From assembly GCA_002269645.1 (NCBI GenBank), contig NIVC01000139.1:1-64000 (forward strand): DNA of 64,000 nt, read 5' to 3'. How positions within the stretch are numbered: position 1 is the stretch's first letter; the number at the start of each line of letters is the position of its first letter. Shown one piece after another: positions 62,501-64,000 of this stretch. Source of the stretch: Macrostomum lignano. Lineage: Eukaryota. The position numbers and the translations under genes were made by a program. The notes beneath the pieces were generated by a model, which was not told where the DNA came from, did not search any database, and was given only the letters and a program-made list of their open reading frames with translations.

Positions 62501-64000
62501 GTTTGGGCCATAGGTCGGTAAAGTGCATGCCATAAGTGTTTACTTTTTAGCATCTCACACTTATTCGCCCTAACTTAATAGCATACCCATTAATTTAACC
62601 ATATATATTGCACCACTAGTCAAGTCGTTCTTTTTTCTTACTTGGCCTTGTCAGATATAGGTGAGCTGCCGAAATGTTTTTGGGTCGTTCAGATCATTTT
62701 TATCTCTGGTTTGTAACTCTGGTGCTAATTCTACCCAGAAGAGTAGTTTGAAAACTTCTTGTTCTGGTGATCCATTAAGATGCCATTTAACACAGTTTTG
62801 AAAAATCGTCTACGATTTAAAAAAAGCTTTGACGCATGAATATTCTTTACTTAACACCAAGTTGCAAACAGGATAAAATTTGTTTATCAACTTAACGTGG
62901 GAAGCTAGGAAGGATTATTCCAGGTATTCAGTTGTGCGTACTTGAATAACTAAATTACAAGGTCAACTAGCTTAAAGACAAAATAACTCACTGAAAATCA
63001 CTATGAATGCTGTGAAAATTATTCAGTAAAATCTCTAGCTATACACAAAATATTGAGTTTTGCTTACCTATTCAGCTGGTCAGCTTCCTCTGCGAGTAGT
63101 GGCAGAGGCTCCGACTGTCCGTTCCAACCCCCAGTCGGCGCATACGGCAAGTGCCAGGAAATCTCCACGTCAACGGTGCCGCTTGGCCGTCCATTGGGAT
63201 CAAGTAGCTGGTAAGTTCCATGAAGCATCTTGTTTTGGCTCAGGCTCACAAGGTCCACCTTGGCAACGCCGAGATAAGCGCTCTCATCTGGGTCGGCTTC
63301 GTCAATAACCCAGACAGCGAGCTGTGCAGTGCGCAAGTATTTGTCCAGAGCTGGTCCCGGCGGCAACTCCAAGCGCTGATGGAAGTGAAACTCGGGCTCG
63401 CATGAGTTTGGAATGGCTGGTGACAGCGCATCCTCGCAGCTAAAGAACTTGTAAGAGCAATAAGGACTTGGTTGTACACCAGGTCGTCTTGCTTTCAGAT
63501 CTCGACAGCGAACCACTTTCACATCGAGCAAATGTGCACCTCCAGCTTCCCGTCGCTGGTCAGCAGACGTGTCTAGAGCCCGGAGACCATCGGCAGCGGC
63601 CTGCTGATTGGCTGACATGTAGCCAAGCGCCTTTGCCCGCTCTCTGTACAGCCGCATGGCCTGCTCCATTGGCACCCTCATGCGCATCCGGTATTCCACA
63701 ACTCCTACGGGATTGCCGGTCTCAGACAGAAGGGTTGCCTGTCCAAGCACAGGAACTGTGGGCTGTGACTCGAGCAGCTCACGCACTGATATTCTGCACG
63801 CTGCTATCGATTTGTATTCCATTCCGTGAGCCTGAAAGAGCTCCAGCTTCATTTTTTCTTTATTCACGTAATGTAGAAAAGAGTCATCGACCTTAACAAC
63901 ATACTGAACTGTCTTGTCAAAGTCAGGATCGTTGCTTTGAATTACCTCAGTGGTTTGCATTTCGCAAGTGTAAAAAGCCCAGGTGCAAAATAACGCTGGC
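53541..64000 (-). CDS. RPGRIP1L: RPGRIP1L/fantom-like ciliary transition-zone protein, 3' part. Exons 64000-63068, 61897-61738, ~59750-59339 (acceptor unresolved), 58829-58622, 53671-53541
   Basis: FCTWAFYTCEMQTT, RVPMEQAMRLYRERAKALGY, C2 domains, RID-like ETPLSLPTP, LRFSVV..DLAQATVPL, terminal AVGSIKIS. Splice phases fit for the last three exons; one middle exon may be missed. Confidence 0.88.
54256..55116 (+). CDS. gag: Gag (286 aa, two CCHC knuckles)
   Basis: CHSCGNPGHLRNTC and CHKCGKTGHIARAC; ends at a TAG in frame with pol. Confidence 0.9.
   Translation: MSSGLDFRLGEMPLCYPDVEQYFKRLGFYISATEKNDQSKAVLLATCGDAAFSLIETLVQPEDILNDTKCTFDFIKEAVLSHLKPKRLLHYDRHLLHTMVQIQGESVTKFLERLKTQANKCEFGNLREELILSQYIFGLADNSLKQKLLVKEKLDLETAVKDSLLSESVSQATDSSKTVAAVQKNTHKKTGSNQKYPTVSRPMPTTPNHSKSSCHSCGNPGHLRNTCKFRNATCHKCGKTGHIARACRSNIGASKKVTYAEVEATDADPPDSAVYSVIKATPCDEL
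55117..58047 (+). CDS. pol: Pol (protease-RT-RNase H-integrase), in frame with gag after a single TAG
   Basis: VDYGSQ protease, VLDLEDAF and YQDD RT, CDASQ/EREALAI/SDHRPL RNase H, HHCC plus HLD/TDNG/VERA integrase. Confidence 0.93.
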   Translation, partial: KIVCTIGDFTVHMCVDYGSQVTILPVTIVEQAGLHMVDADIRSLKVFGGASVSVRGTAKDVTIELRNGKTACGDIYVGDPSSQAILGINFIRAFNLLTVDEFLCHPVQCDENSRFQASFRLKDGASTDGMCFPARSLPFSIKTLVELELKRLESAGIIYPVHSPKVSCPIVPVLKPEGSKRPIRLCGDYSVTLNRLIDRDRYRLPTLKEILQKIPNSKVYSVLDLEDAFLQIPLTPESQDLTCISTHVGHFAFRKLQFGISAAPLIFQEVMDILLKGIPGTASYQDDIILGTETVEQHRQILVQVKEKLKKHGFKINERKTQECKKEVTFLGFLLRDGKLLPDPARVEALSNLSEPKDRDQLRSAICTLRHYGIFCRNFSMIAKPLYYHLKKGVQWKWTVVHSSAFSQLKAAVTEGRIVSYDIKRPLFLTCDASQSGVGFVLSHDTNQKEVVWLGSRVLTKAEANYANIEREALAIIEGVKYFHQFLAGRHFTIISDHRPLQYIFSTTKVPDRVSARSQRWALLLRSFDYTVTYSKGDTMLAADTLSRIPSTNASTSFSNFDVNLLEVNSLVEFSSSGTILRRVANTRDPEIDTIKKFVTQGWPSYISKQLLPYTKSKAEYSIQNGILFKGIRIVPPKSMRREILQILHENHPGIVRMIRLAREYFWWPYIDAQINSFVQRCPSCQLNSRKRTNANLHSWEDAKFFFERVHLDIAYFKEKHFLVLIDSFSRWIDVHQLSNLTANSLIQACRRTFKYMGLPTCIVTDNGTNFRSKEFAEFLKKNLINHVLTPPGHHQSNGIVERAIQELKVTLKQNSNDIGSECEKVLISFCLSKNTTPNSEGAIPAAQLFMQRPRTRLTATFTEWDKPLTTPIPVYINVEGKSDKVPEEIQGLHGSNTYLDSKGRVVHASDATPRTTENSQEITSPGPANVGSSKEKEMETTTPAEVETTSDQSPEYQVSRRSQRLRKAPDRLTYS
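61998..62125. mobile_element. 128-bp PIF/Harbinger-type MITE
   Basis: TTA|aggctcgttcacaccgc ... gcggtgtgaacgagcct|TTA: 17-bp TIR and 3-bp TTA TSD. Confidence 0.8.

Overview
This window is the left end of a metazoan chromosome; the species cannot be identified from the sequence. It opens with about 9.7 kb of (CCCTAA)n telomere, followed by a subtelomere of only about 1.8 kb that holds a two-zinc-finger ORF. A 15-exon CAPS/CADPS gene follows on the + strand (11547-46418). Its last intron contains a full-length 16.3-kb Polinton/Maverick (adintovirus-like) endogenous DNA virus (29544-45865) with AGTAG termini, a 6-bp TSD (CTACGA) and TIRs of about 0.75 kb. The virus encodes integrase, pPolB, adenain-type protease, packaging ATPase, major and minor capsid proteins, PLA2 and several candidate membrane-active proteins. 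This copy is decayed: four single-base frameshifts, a small duplication and a nested Gypsy fragment. Other CAPS introns hold Penelope, mariner and tyrosine-recombinase remnants. Between CAPS and the 3' part of an RPGRIP1L-like gene (- strand, running off the window) lie a Tc1/IS630-like remnant and two convergent Crypton-like (DUF3504-type) tyrosine recombinase copies. These are associated with a GCGAAGC-centred hairpin motif and a PC4-like ssDNA-binding ORF. A young, near-intact 4.26-kb Mag-like Gypsy element sits in the last RPGRIP1L intron. All protein assignments come from motif recognition by eye; no database searches were run.
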